A model generated the notes under the pieces. It was not told the DNA's origin and did not search any database. It worked only from the letters and a program-made list of their open reading frames with translations. 64,000 nucleotides of DNA from Chrysomallon squamiferum (lineage: Eukaryota > Animalia > Mollusca). A program made the position numbers and the translations under genes. Of this stretch, positions 1-13,618 are shown in pieces. Each line of letters starts with the position of its first letter. Positions within the stretch are counted from its first letter, which is position 1. The stretch lies in NCBI GenBank assembly GCA_012295275.1, contig CM022666.1, positions 11,532,001 to 11,596,000 on the forward strand, in the 5' to 3' direction.

Positions 1-1129
1 TATAGATATGCAGAACATCAAAGAAAACCCACCGCTTCTTTTAACACAACTGTCTGTCACATCAAGTGTTCTTTCTTCTAAAACAAACAAACAAACAAAT
101 AAATAAAATTTAAAAATTATGCCACAACAGAAACATACATGAGTTTAACGTTTTCTTATGCTCCCATTGTTTTGATATTTTTTTGTTGTTTTGTTTGCTG
201 TTGGTTTTGTTTGTTGTTTTTTCTTCATTGTTTGTTTATTATTATTAATCTGTTTTAGTAATGTTTTCATATTTAATATAATTTTATTTCAACAGTTATT
301 TAAACACAGTTCAGAAATATTTATTTTTTAATTTAATTTTATTAAAATAATCATAAAAATTAAAAACTTCAAATACATTTATGAAGACAAAATGAAATAT
401 TCTAACATTTAATAATAAATAAATAAATAAATATGTACTTAGCTTTTATTCACTTTTATTAAAATAGTCATAAAAAAATAAAAACCTTCAATATGATGAC
501 AAAATAAAATTATCAAAGAGTTACAAAAATATAATTAGACAGAGATTTAGCCAGTTATCCTTAGTAAAACCTTTGAAAATTCAACATTCATTCTTTGAAA
601 TGTTTGTTTACAGATAAAATTTATACTTTATTACCTTTTTTATTTATTTATTATTATTACCTTTTTTTTTTTTTTTTTTTTTTGGATTGTACGGATTTTT
701 AAAATAATTTTTTACATCCATTTTAAGATGGAAGCTGATTGTAACACGTAGTTCCTATCTTGAATGTGAATAAAACTATATTATGTAGCGGATATTCAAT
801 CTGATCTCTGAATTTATAATGCTTTCTTAAAGGATGCTGACAATCAATAGTGAAACTTGAAAGATTTAATTTTAGGAATTGAAAAGATAGATATCTGAAA
901 GAAAATGCTGATCACAGATTACGGAAATGTTTATCATGATCCAGCTGAATCTTCCCACGGTTCTGTCACTGCTCCTCACATTTTATTTGATTATTTTTTT
1001 ACAAAATGTTTTCTTGTATGTCTTCCATTGCTAATAGCTATAGCAGTTTCCGAGAAAAAGGATTTTCGTTTCAGAATGTGATAATTTTTTTACACGAAAG
1101 CATAAAAGTACGAATCCCCAAAGCCGTTT

Positions 1130-1132
<3 letters not shown>

Positions 1133-1217
<85 letters not shown>
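1133..1217. repeat. (CT)n microsatellite
   Basis: Perfect dinucleotide run. Confidence 0.97.
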
Positions 1218-1220
<3 letters not shown>

Positions 1221-1776
1221 TTTTTATTTTATTTTATTTGTTTTTATTTAATTTTAATTTCAGAAAAGAGAACGAAAACATAATTTCACCTAACTAGATT
1301 TTGATGACAAAGAGATTAAAAATGCCTTATGATTTTTTTTTTTTTGCAACAGCAATTAATGTAAATGAAAGCATTTATTATTTTTATTTTTTTTTCGTGA
1401 TATAATTAATGTAAACAAATTTTTATGACTATAACTTTTAGCGAAAAAGTCAATTGCACTATTAAAAAACAGTTCCCATGATAATAATCTTTCTTACATG
1501 AAACTTGGTTTCCAAGTGGCGTAATGAAACATTTCATAAAGTACAGAAAATTATTTTTAAAATGAATGTACTGATCTGCCACAACAACTGTCACTGGAGA
1601 TAGAACTGACTGTATCAACATCCGGGTACGTCTTCGATAAATCTGTATATAAGTATACATGTATGTGTGTATGAATACATATGATAATTATTATTATTAT
1701 TATTATTATTATCATCATTATTATTATTTTTATTTATTTATTTTTTATTTATTTTTTTTTTATTTATTTATTTATT

Positions 1777-1815
<39 letters not shown>

Positions 1816-3134
1816 GTTATTTCTGAGACATTATTATTCTAATTGCTCTAGATCTTATAGATAAAAGATCTGCCTGAAACATAAAAAATGTATTTTGATG
1901 AAGGAAAGAAAAATAAAAATAAATGTTAAAAAACTATTTACATAAAAATTGATAGGAACTGAAGTATTTCCTTTAAAAACTTGTATTTAGAGTATTATTG
2001 TTATATAATGTAAAGGCGATAAGATATGAAATATACTTTTTATTTTGTGAATCTGAATGCCAAGGTTCCATTGTCAGATTAGTTAATTAATTAATTACAT
2101 TTTTCACACTTTTCACCGCACTTTATAACTGAAAAACACATATATACACAAAATCCAGACCCAAAACAACAACAAAAACTAAATTATAATAATGATTATT
2201 GTTGTGACAAGCATTTCACGGTTGCACTTACTTCGATCTTTATCAGTTTCGTATTAAACTCTGATGTGATTAGTTGTGAAAGAAGCTACATTTCCTCCAC
2301 AAAGTTGACACCTGCGGAACCTGCATACCAAGTTTCCTTGATTGTCTCTTGACGATCATACTGACAACAGCTTTATATAAAATCAAATTTCCTGCTAACA
2401 CCGTACCTTTATTAAAACATTCTCCCGCTAGAGCAAAGCCTTAATTGCATTTATGAAAAATCAAAAATCAAAATTGCTTTGACGACTTGCATTGAGGGCA
2501 GTCACATAATTAGTCGTTGTTTTTGAGTGGGAACGTATTGCAACTGAGTAGCAGCGCTTTGATTTATTACAAGCCGAGATATTTGATATCCTGTTTTAAA
2601 GAATTCAGTGTCCATTGCTATTACATGCACAGTGGATTAATATTTTACTGTCACAGTAGAGTAGTAACATTAAAATCACAGCTGTGGGGACAGATTAAAA
2701 CTGTCAACGATAATATATATATATATTATCGTTATATATATTATAAAAAATGCTACAATTAATCATTTATCGAGCTAAGAATTTAACCTGTGTCAAAACA
2801 CAACTATGTGGCAATAGTCTGTGACATTCCATAATTTAATTTAAAAAAAAAAATAATTTACTTATTTCAAGTATGAAACAAAATACAATTATTTTGCTTT
2901 TCGGAATAAATCTGTAGCAACTGAAAAGTGCATGGACATTTTTGCATTTTCCGCTTTACACGAAGTTCCGCACCTGACCAGAGGCTGTAGACAGCACTAT
3001 TCAACCCAGTGGTACAGAATTACCGATGACAATTGTAACCAGATACGAAAGGAAATCTAATTTATTTTACTGAGAAAAGTAATTGTGTTTCGGCAGCTTA
3101 TTATCATGATTTCTTTTTATCAGCTTTTATCTTA

Positions 3135-3288
3135 CCTTCCGGCTCTGCTTTTTCGACTTTTCTTAGTAACCATCGTACTTACAGTTTGGTAATACTTTTT
3201 AGGTGGAATATTGTTATATATCATTCATTTTATTTATTTATTTATTATTATTATATTTTTGTTATTTATTTATTTATTTGGGTTTAAA

Positions 3289-3365
<77 letters not shown>

Positions 3366-3497
3366 GTTGGAAAAGATCTAGGATTTTAAACAACACCAAC
3401 GTATTGAAAATGATTTTACGACATCCTACCAAACAGACGTTACCAAACTAAATCTACGATGGTTACTAAGCAAAGTGGAAAAAGCAGAGCCGGGAGG
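3135..3497. repeat. Imperfect inverted repeat, arms about 58 bp, enclosing an (AG)n microsatellite
   Basis: 3135-3192 is the reverse complement of 3440-3497 with several mismatches; (AG)n at 3292-3361. Confidence 0.85.
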
Positions 3498-4490
3498 AGG
3501 AGAGAGTGAAAACGCGAGAGAGACAGAGAGAGTGTATTCTTTTCGATCATTTATTCCATCGACCAAACGTTGCAAACAATTTACTAATTAGCGCCTTCTA
3601 GCTAAAGACGGTCATTTCGGTCCAACTACACCTACGGGCAGCCAATAAACTAATAGGGTGGTCTCCCCTTTCGAATGATTGTTTCCATTAATCGGTTTAA
3701 TTTGAACCATGTTTCAACATTTCCACAGATTTCCGCTGGCACCGAAATAATGGTTATATCCAAAAGACAAAAGAACCCAGTAGTTCAGACCGAAAACAAT
3801 AAATCTGAACATCAAATTTTGAACTTAATCAGATTATGTTTTTTTCTGATTTTTTTTTTACTGAACGAGTGTGTATGCATGGTGTATTTATTTCTGCTAA
3901 TGTGATATGTTCAAATTTTATTTCAGTTTATTCTGCAGACATTAATTTATTTATATAGACATCGATAAAATCCACATACCGATGTTTAAACAAACAATTT
4001 TGAACAGTTATTTATTCATTTATTTCTGTTTTATGTTTTTAAATTTTAAATTATTTTTCAATAACATGTCAATATGACATTAAAAGCCAAAATTATAAAG
4101 AAAAATTTCTTCTCAAGACGGCAGTTTTCCTAATAAAAAAATGAGACATGTTTAGTTGATTTTGTATTAAATAGTGTGTATATACATCTGGAACTAATCT
4201 AGAGAGAGGGTTCAAGGCATCTGGACCACCCTCAAACTTGAGAAGTGCCCCATTTATTTAGGATTTTAATGGGTGTTTTTTTGAATTTCTATCTGTAGGA
4301 TATATCTGCCAGCTTCCCTGTTGTAGCACTATTATATTATGAATTATGTGAACTGTGTGTAATTTTTCACTAGTCTAGTTTTCATAATGTTATGATGCCT
4401 TTTTTTTAATGGAACTCCCTTATCAGAAAAGCTGGATCCACCCACGTTTATAGAAAAAGAGGGAGAGAGTGTGTTTGCAGACACATCATC

Positions 4491-4530
<40 letters not shown>

Positions 4531-4653
4531 GGTAACTTATTTAATGCCAAAAAAGCAAATTAAGTAAAGAAAAATTCAGTGGTTTCTTGATACCAGTCCC
4601 TTTGGATCAGCCTGGGAATAATAAATAATAACTAAAACAGTTGCAAATGGTCA

Positions 4654-4995
4654 AAACTGTAAAAGTAAGTGTTATGTTTTAGTACCAAGTAACTTGGTCA
4701 ATACAAATAAACTATAAAAGTAAGTGTTATGTCTTAGTACCAGTGTAACTTGGTCAATACAAATAAACTGTAAAAGTAAGTGTTATGTCTTAGTACCAGT
4801 GTAACTTGGTCAATACAAATAAACTGTAAGAGTAAGTGTTATGTCTTAGTACCAAGTAACTTGGTCAATACAAATAAACTGTAAAAGTAAGTGTTATGTC
4901 TTAGTACCAAGTAACTTGGTCAATACAAATAAACTGTAAAAGTAAGTGTTATGTCTTAGTACCAGTGTAACTTGGTCAATACAAATAAACTGTAA
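4654..4995. repeat. Minisatellite, 55/56-bp unit, six copies plus a partial
   Basis: AAACTGTAAAAGTAAGTGTTATGTCTTAGTACCA(A/GT)GTAACTTGGTCAATACAAAT starting at 4654, 4709, 4765, 4821, 4876, 4931, 4987. Confidence 0.95.
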
Positions 4996-7900
4996 TTTTG
5001 GAATAATTTTGTTTTTATTATTTCTGCTATGTTGAAATGACTCCTTGTTTGCAGGCAAAAAAAAAAATAATAATAATAAAAAAATATATAAAAAAATATA
5101 TAAATAAAAAGAAGTAACAAATAAACAACAAAACATAAGCAGAAAAGAAATCAGTGCAGTTGTTCATTGTAACATGTCCATCCCTCTTCAGCTGATATTA
5201 TTATTATTCTAATTAAGCATAAATCAGCAAACATTTTGCAAATCTGTAAAGAAAATTATTGGTTATAGGGAGCTCTCTGTAAATAACAAGATCTGAAGTA
5301 AATAAAATACTATTTTATTTATTATTTATTCCGTATGCTGGAGACAATTCATACTTTGAGAATAAATGTATGTATTTGTATTTAACAAAAAAAATAGTTT
5401 CCAGTACTGGAATTCATTTTTTTTGGGGGGACACCACCATCAGATTAGCATTTCAACTAAACTTGTTAAATCTTACTAATTTAGCAATTTCCCATAGGAT
5501 ACTTTATGATGTCCTTTCCCCAGACATGATTTGTAGCCGACCACAGTGAAACAGACGTTTGACTTAATAATTGCACTGGGACGTTTACCCGTGTTAAAAC
5601 TGGTCTGCAGGTCAGACTCACAGGCTGTGTTGTCTGTGAAGGTATCAGATTATTTAGTACCAGGAATTTCTTATTCAATCAAATTCAGATTTTTGGCCCA
5701 GCCTGTAGGTTACTTACAGCTTCAAACAGAATAAATTTCTAAACAAACTCAGCTTTTCTAATTGTTTTTGGCGTTACTGGAATCAAAGCAAACTTCAAGG
5801 AAAGAAAATTCAATGTTTCATTGAGTATCTCAGTAATAGTTCACAGGTAGTTGTAAAAGTATGTAAGAACAGTGTTGTAAAACTTATCTTTGAAAGAGTC
5901 AGAAGTGATAATTGTAAGTACAATTGAGAAAATGTTATACGTTTGATGACTTCATTTTCATTTAGAGAAATCCAGTAATACTTCACCATAAATCATTTAA
6001 GAAAAAAGTATTATAATGACTTTACTGATAATAATTTATCATTGTTTCAAGCAAAAAATTAAATTAGTTTATAGATGAAAAGTTTATTTCATATGTAATA
6101 CTGATAAATATAAATTTAAAAAAAAAAAAAAAAAAATCAGTTCACACACATACAGCTTATTAATAAATTCCAAGATGTCTTGTATTACCATAAAACTCAA
6201 AAATCTTCCTTGAATTCTTTATTAATAATTTTAAAGATGATTTCACATTCAAATGAAATTGTACATAAAAATTAAAATTTATGTATATATTAAAGTAGAG
6301 AAAATTTGTTCAGTTACATAAACCTTACTGTATTTGCCAGATGTTTCATTACTGCATTTTCAGAACACTCATATGATTGGTACCGTGGTACTCTAGTCTG
6401 CCAAAATATATATTAACATACAGCATCATGCATTATCATAGCACAATAACCTGAGATATTTTTACTTAAATATTTTTACTGAATAAATTAATGAATAATT
6501 TAATAACAACAAATAAATAAATATTGAAGTTACTAGGTGTTATATTTTATTAACAGTTAATCAAAATTTAATCTGACCTTATTTTTTTTGGTGTTCTCTT
6601 ATTGAATTACTACTTCGATGAATAATAAGTAAAAATAATTTTTTTTTTAGGCTTATGTACGAATCAACTGATATAGAGATTCTAGAATCTTATGGGGTAA
6701 ATGATGTATATATATATATATATATATACATTTTGATACATGCACAGACAATACAACAATTTTAATAAAACATCTGTATTATAAATTTAATAAGCACTAA
6801 TTGTCTAAATACAATACACATATTAACAGTTTCCTGATATATACAAATATAACACAATTACAAGTTTATGAATCAGCTTGAGGATGTATTACTGCTGAAT
6901 TTATATAATATTATTATTACTAGTTTACTTGTTTGTCTAATTCTGACAGTTTGCTCATGTTTAAATGTCTTTTTGATTCATTCTGACTCATGTGGTTGCA
7001 ACTAAATGAATAGATGCACAAACAATATGTATTCCAGAAATAGAAGTATATACACACTGCTGGGGTATTATGAAATAACCTTTTGAAAAAGGAAAACATA
7101 AAACAGCTTCACAAAAATGATACCTGATGTGCTTATTATGAAAATGTAAGTGGAAACAAGATATAAACATATTTATATACAGACATGTAAAGTTATAAAC
7201 TAGTTATTTCAAACTGAAGTGAAATAATATAATTTTAATACAAGTATATTTATTTCTTTATAAAGACAAAAATATAAATTACTACTGGCAAGTAGAAACC
7301 ATGTGCTTAATAAACAGCTACCTACAAGCTAATTATTTAGCTCTGTATTTGTATGTACTATTATTACTGGTTGTAAGTGAATAAATTATGCTTCCTTCAC
7401 ACTTTCATCAGCTGACAAATACTCAGATTTGATTAAAAAACATTTAAAAATAAAACAATCAATACATACATATTTATATACAAACATTACACACACACAT
7501 AGAAATAATACTAATGAGGTAGAAATTGTCTGAGAAAATAATGTTCTTAAAATTGATTCTGTTTTTAAAAAGATAGTTAAATTGCAAACTACTAATACAA
7601 GAATATCATATATTGTTTTAAAACTAATTATAGAAAGGTTTAAAAACTGTTGCTTTTGCTAAAATACTGATTTCTGCCAAAATAAAATTAAATAAAAAAT
7701 ATATATTTTGGAAATATGTATTTATTAATATTTCTTTTCTTTTTTCTTTTTTTTGGGAATTATTAGACACAATTAACTTTATAGAATATTTGTTGATATT
7801 AAATATGACATTCTGACACAACACTGTTACCTTTGTTATTTCTTTAATCACAGTACATATCTAAACTATGTTTTGAAGTGTATGTGTTCTTTTCTCTGTT

Positions 7901-8433
7901 ACAGTTGTCTGTTCTTTCATAATGATTTTAAAATTATAATGTATTCTGTCACAAATTATAAACATAACTGTAATTTTGAACACCATATTTGATCTGTTAA
8001 AGTAATCGCCCAGTAGATCATTATTCATTTTGCAGAACTGAAAAACAAAACATAAACATGTTACTATTATATTCTATAAAGTTTATTGTAAAAGGGGAAA
8101 TGTATACAAGATTTCCAAGATGGATTTTTTTTTTTAATATGGGAATCATCTACAAGAGCTTAGGTAATCTGCATTTATTTTGAAATCTTTATATCAGTGA
8201 TGGAATAAGGTATTGTACCTAGATCTAATCAATTATTGTTGAACTATGTTATTATTTTCATAAGATAAATAATTACATACAACTTTGTTTTTATTTAGTT
8301 AAGATAAATATTTTTTTTATAACTTTGTTGTTACTTTGAAAAAGATATATCATTATTACTGAACTTTGTTATCTCCTTGTTAAGTAAATCATTATTTGTA
8401 ACTTTATTATTACCTAAATGAGATAGATTATTG

Positions 8434-9421
8434 TTAAAGTTCATCTGCATCATTCATCTTTGCATATCCGTGAGATGGTGTTTGGTCTGATTCTGCATTT
8501 CTTTGAGACTGTTTGCGCCGAAGTCGCAGTTCACAAAGCATCAGCACTGTGAGCAGTGAGATGATGACAAACGCTGGGACAAGCAGAAACACAGCCACCC
8601 ACAGAACAACTCTGGCCTCGCACTGTATTTTGAAAAAAGCATCCTGGACTGTTGGGTTATCAGTTATTTCCACAATTACATCCCGGTCACTGTTGTAATC
8701 AAGATGAAGAAAACACTGAGTGACATCCAGGCACTTGCTGACTGCATTGTTAGTGTCGTACCGCGTCTTCACAACAACTGAACTTGTAGTCACGTACACC
8801 TTTTTACCAACAAGGCTGGCATCTCTTCTTGCCAGAACAACAGAATAGGTGTCTGTTTCTGTGACAGTGTAATTAAAGACATTTGTCTTTTTTGTTTTGC
8901 ACCACTCTGTGACAGGTAACTGTTTTGTGATGCATGTTTTACAGTTCATGTTATTTTCCCATGTCTGGAAAGCTCCACCTCGAAAGAGCAGAATTTCTGA
9001 TGACACATTTTCAATTCGATCCAGACTGTTTCTACAACTGGTGACACTAATAGTAGATCCTTCCAGCAGGAGCAGTGAGTAGGAGTTGTCCTTCGCTCCA
9101 GCTTCTACATCATTCATATTTACATATTTAACTGTGTGGTTGTAAGAATCAATTACTGGAGTGGAATGTGCTAAAAGGTAAACATTAAGAGTAGAAGTTT
9201 CATCTGCTTCTACTTTAAATGCATTACACCAGACAGTGGACAAGTCACTGGCTATGTTGTTGATGGACACCATGTCAGTGGGGTGATACCAGAAAGTGCT
9301 GCCCTTGTACTTCACTTGGTGTAGATAGATAGCTACGCCACCAAACACCATCACTGTCACCAGAATGAAATTAGTCAGCAAGGCACATACTCCAAAACGT
9401 TGCTTATTTTGTGCAGGCATA
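8434..9421 (-). CDS. Main exon of a two-TM membrane protein resembling the APD1-4 N-terminal/middle (DUF4792/DUF4793) region, no RING
   Basis: Long ORF after poly-pyrimidine + AG acceptor (9423-9422). Hydrophobic segments FGVCALLTNFILVTVMVFGGVAIYL and VVLWVAVFLLVPAFVIISLLTVLML flank a Cys-containing loop with N-glycan sequons (NHT, NVS, NYT). Blocks LLEGSTISV, LFRG..W, YTVTETDTY, RYDT..C..C.L, C.AR..W recall APD-family proteins (family call from memory, less sure than the gene call). Confidence 0.85.
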
Positions 9422-11632
9422 CTGTTAAAAAAAAAGAAAGAAATTAGCTTTTTCAGAAAATAAACATGATAAAACAAATGAAATATAATTTTTTTAAATA
9501 TTAAAATATAAATAAAACTGCAAATATCAGTTCAATAGTTGATCACATACTAATCAAAATTGTTGAATATACATCTTTTAGCATTTTTGATTACTTTAAA
9601 TTAATTATGCCTTGAACATTCCCAGTGTTTAATTATTGTCGGGTACCAGAATAAAAATGATTGTTACATACCTCAACATTTTCACAGCTGACACTAAACT
9701 TAACTTACTGTGTTTTGTAAGTTAACTGCTGGTCAGGTGACCAACAGTCATCTGATCCACGGACACAACAACTAAAACTCAGGTAATTTATGTTTTGATT
9801 TATAGTTCTCCACAGATGGTGAAATGACAGTTTTAATCATCACACTTGATACACGTGTAATAAAGTCAAAATTAATTATTGTAATGAACACTGTACAAGG
9901 TGTAAATACTGTACTATTATTTGATTATCAAATAAGTGATCAGTAACATTTCCAGCCTATGACCTTATTAAAACACACAACATCACTTTCTTCTACAGTG
10001 ACATTTCCTTAAGGTAAATAAAATAAATCTGCATAAGAAACATGTTAACTGCTTATTTGTATTCAGTTACTAATATTAATCAGTGAATTTTCTTGTTAAA
10101 ATAAGGTTTTGATGGATTAATGAATCAGTTCTCTACATTCCATCCATCAAATTAATTCCCATTCAAAACAGTGCCCATGAATATTTAATTAAAGACTGTG
10201 GTTGCTATTTTTCAACTTAAGCGTCTACTCAAGAAAACATTGCCTTTGTCATGTATAATATTTAAGTGTATATGCAACTGTGCAACCAGTCATACCTAAA
10301 ATGTGTTGACTATCTTTATCCAAATGACTATAGTTCTGCTGTGCTCATTTTGCTAACCTATTCAGTAACATCAGTATTACTGCAAACAAATAAATAATTT
10401 TGTCTAATGAACTAAATTTATATTTTCAAAATTGTTTTAAAAATATGTACATTTTTGTTTTGTTTTTATTACCTAATAAGACATATTGTCACTATTTTAT
10501 GAAATTATTATTTTTTTATCATTATACAAGTAATATTGTTTGTTTATATATGGGTGTATAGCTTTTATTAAACTCTATTATTATTACTTTATTTTTTTTT
10601 ATCTGTGAAATGTTATGTTACTGCAGATTTGTTTATGAGTGAAACTTTTAGAAAATCTGTTAATATTTTTGTTTTATTTACTTTTTGCGGGAAGGGGCAA
10701 AAACATTCACACACCTCCTGAAACTGGAATGTACGTTCCATAATAATATTAATAGATATAGTTAATATACTTCAGTCTGAAAAACAGAGTGTATTTCAAA
10801 TCAAAACAAACAACTAACTGAAATATATCATTTATTTTATTTCATTTTATTTATTGCAACTGTTTTGACACTTTAATACAACACTGATACTATTCTCAGT
10901 GCTCCACCTACAGAGGCGGTATTTCAGCTGTTTACTCCTTCGTACCACCCGCCGAACAAATAGGTCAAACACTAATTCCTTGTTAACACGTTTAAAACCT
11001 ATAAAAATATATTGTTACTTCAAATCTAATGTACAACACTGACTCATCTGACCCCACAGTACATTTTTCTTACATTCTTTTACTTAATTCTTTTAATTCA
11101 AGGCCATACAGTGATACATCATACAGGCATACTTAATTCAAGGGATACGGACTATGACAACTAGAACTCAATTACATTTTTCCTACCTGTACGAGATGTC
11201 AAATCTGTATTATACAAAAGTACAAATGATGACTTTGCCTATGGTTTATTTAAAGATACTAATAACTTTTCTTTGTTCACTTTTAATTATTGTCTGTTGT
11301 ATATATATCTCTCATCTGAACCAAAACAACAAAATAAACTCCGCCTACAAGTGGTCACATGACGAATTTTTGCACGACCGGCAAAAATGAAAAACATTTA
11401 CAAAATTGGTCTAGCATACTGCGCAACACTCCTCACTTAACGATCTACCTGTTTAACGACGTCGCGAACTTACGACCAACAGCTTGCTCTGATTAGCACG
11501 TTAAGCTTTTTCATTCATTCATTCATTATGACCAAACTCTCCGTTGTATTTTGTGCTATGTATGAGAACTCTAGTCGCATGAAGAGCTGCGCGACATCTC
11601 ATTTGTTCAAATAACCCATTCTCAGTCTATGT

Positions 11633-11668
<36 letters not shown>

Positions 11669-12433
11669 GAAATATAAATGGCAGGCCTGAATGCAAAGTG
11701 TGTGTGTGTGTGGGGGGCGGTGTTTATTTGGCCCTGCTGTACAGAGCTTATCCACATTTAATTTACAGAGATGTGCGATGTTTATTATTTGTGCGAAAAT
11801 TATTACCAACAAGTGTATATCGTCAGTCATGCTGAAAAGCCATTCTTTACTGTTTTCTCGATGTTCGCAAACAAAGCGTAGAAAATAGGTTTATTACTTA
11901 GCTCCTTCAGTAATTAAATCTCCACTTTTAATATTTATATACAATTTGATTTTATGCAGATAAATATCTTAAAGAGTTCAGAACGAATATATATTAAAAA
12001 TAACTTTAATTATAACACTGTAAAGCGAAATTATAAGTTCATATAACTTTTGAGTCAGTTACTGATGAATGCTGTAAGGTAAATTAAATTCGATAAAGTT
12101 CGATATACCTCTGTCTAAATCGTATTTGAAAGCTGATTCACGTATTGTTACATTAAACTCGAGGAAGAGTATCATGTTGCAAATGGTAGGACAACTAGTA
12201 ATAGTATAGGCCTACACTGTTTCCATTTTGTCTGATGTAGTGTTTGACTTTTTTCAGTTACAAGACAAAAAATCTCGTTCCGGCAAACACTAATATAAAC
12301 TAACATACAAATGTACGCACATACGTTATATTTGAACGTCGCGCACGCAGTGTGTGTACGTATGTGTCTGTCTGTTTCTGTGTTTGTATGTGTGTGTCTG
12401 CCAGTGTGCTACCAGTTGATTGTTTTTTTTTTT

Positions 12434-12463
<30 letters not shown>

Positions 12464-12465
<2 letters not shown>

Positions 12466-13184
12466 GTCGTACCTCGACTTACGAGTGCCCAAAACGTACA
12501 AGTTTTTCGAGTTACGAGCATTCGGCGGGTCTTTTTCATTTTGAGTTGCGAGCGACAATCCGAGTTACGAGCGAGCTTCAGATACGGCGCCGCTAGTTGG
12601 CGCAACAGACAACATAACATCCCGACAGCAACCCACGTCTCACTCGTTTACTTCACCTGGTTAACTCACCATGGAAGCACCTCTGTCGTGTTGTGCTCGC
12701 GTTTTATGCAGTATTTTGCCAAATTTCATTTTTCTGGCTATGGATCCAAAGGACAGTGCTGAGAAGAAGAAGCGGATGATGTCCATTGAATTAAAGCTTT
12801 AATTCATAGAAAAACACGAGCGAGGTATGCATGTAGTCGACTTGGCTAGACAATACGAGCTTAGTATTTCTACGATATGTACCATACTGAAGCTGAAGGA
12901 GTCGATAAAGGCTGTAACTGCAGCCAAAGCGTTAAAATAATGTGATTGATCTCCAAGATAAATACATTTTACAAAACCAATTTATTTCTTTACATTCTCT
13001 TTTATTTTGTTTTTATACAATATTTCTCATTTATAAACACATTTTTCTTATTTAAAAACACGTTACGGAAAAGAAAAAAAAAATGGGGTGGTTTTTGGAT
13101 GGCTGGAACGGATTAAAGGTAATCTAATTAATTTCAGTTTGGAAAATTGATTTGATTTACGAGCAAATTGAGATACGAGCTGGT
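12464..13184 (+). mobile_element. Defective Tigger/pogo-type DNA transposon (internally deleted) in the intron of the two-TM gene
   Basis: After a (TA)n run begins TAGTCGTACCTCGACTTACGAG (Tigger-like TIR). From ATG 12740 it reads MDPKDSAEKKKRMMSIELKL*FIEKHERGMHVVDLARQYELSISTICTILKLKESIK, a CENP-B/psq-type HTH with an in-frame TAA at 12800. TACGAGC subterminal motifs recur at both ends; right TIR appears lost. Confidence 0.8.
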
Positions 13185-13583
13185 TATATATAAAGATGGA
13201 TAAACTAGAAATACAACGAACTTTGGAAAAAGTTATAAGAAAGTAAGTTATATTTACTGCAGTAATAAATAAATAAATGAGAAAAAAAAAAGTAAAGAAA
13301 AAATAATTAATTTATTACAAAAGCAATCACAACAACACATCGCTACGTCAGTGACGCCCACAACGGCTGCAGACGTCTTGCATCTACGATACTGTACTAA
13401 CTGTTCAAGATAACCGGCTTCACATATCTTGTTTTGCCCCTACGAAGTACTCTATTGATAATATACTTGTATGTATGTGTTTATATATATACATAATCTC
13501 AGGTGATTAAATAATACAAAAAATTCAGACATACACACTTGTCCACACATATGAATTGAATTACATGTACAGTGTTAACTTAC

Positions 13584-13618
13584 CCTGCATAAGCAACGTA
13601 ATGTCGTGGAAGCATCAT
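13584..13618 (-). CDS. Short first coding exon of the two-TM protein gene (MMLPRHYVAYAG)
   Basis: Reverse strand ATG ATG CTT CCA CGA CAT TAC GTT GCT TAT GCA GG|gtaagt; GG plus the first T of the main exon gives Gly in frame with MPAQNK; total about 340 aa. Confidence 0.65.

Noticed and set aside
2255-2355. - strand peptide RDNQGNLVCRFRRCQLCG resembling a nanos zinc finger
   Set aside because: Bounded by stops, lacks the His/Cys ligands and spacing; likely chance
4654-4995. CRISPR-like array or 80-aa ORF
   Set aside because: Simple head-to-tail minisatellite without spacers
9422-9477. Listed N-terminus MFYHVYF... of the 347-aa ORF
   Set aside because: Non-ATG start running through the poly-pyrimidine tract; intronic
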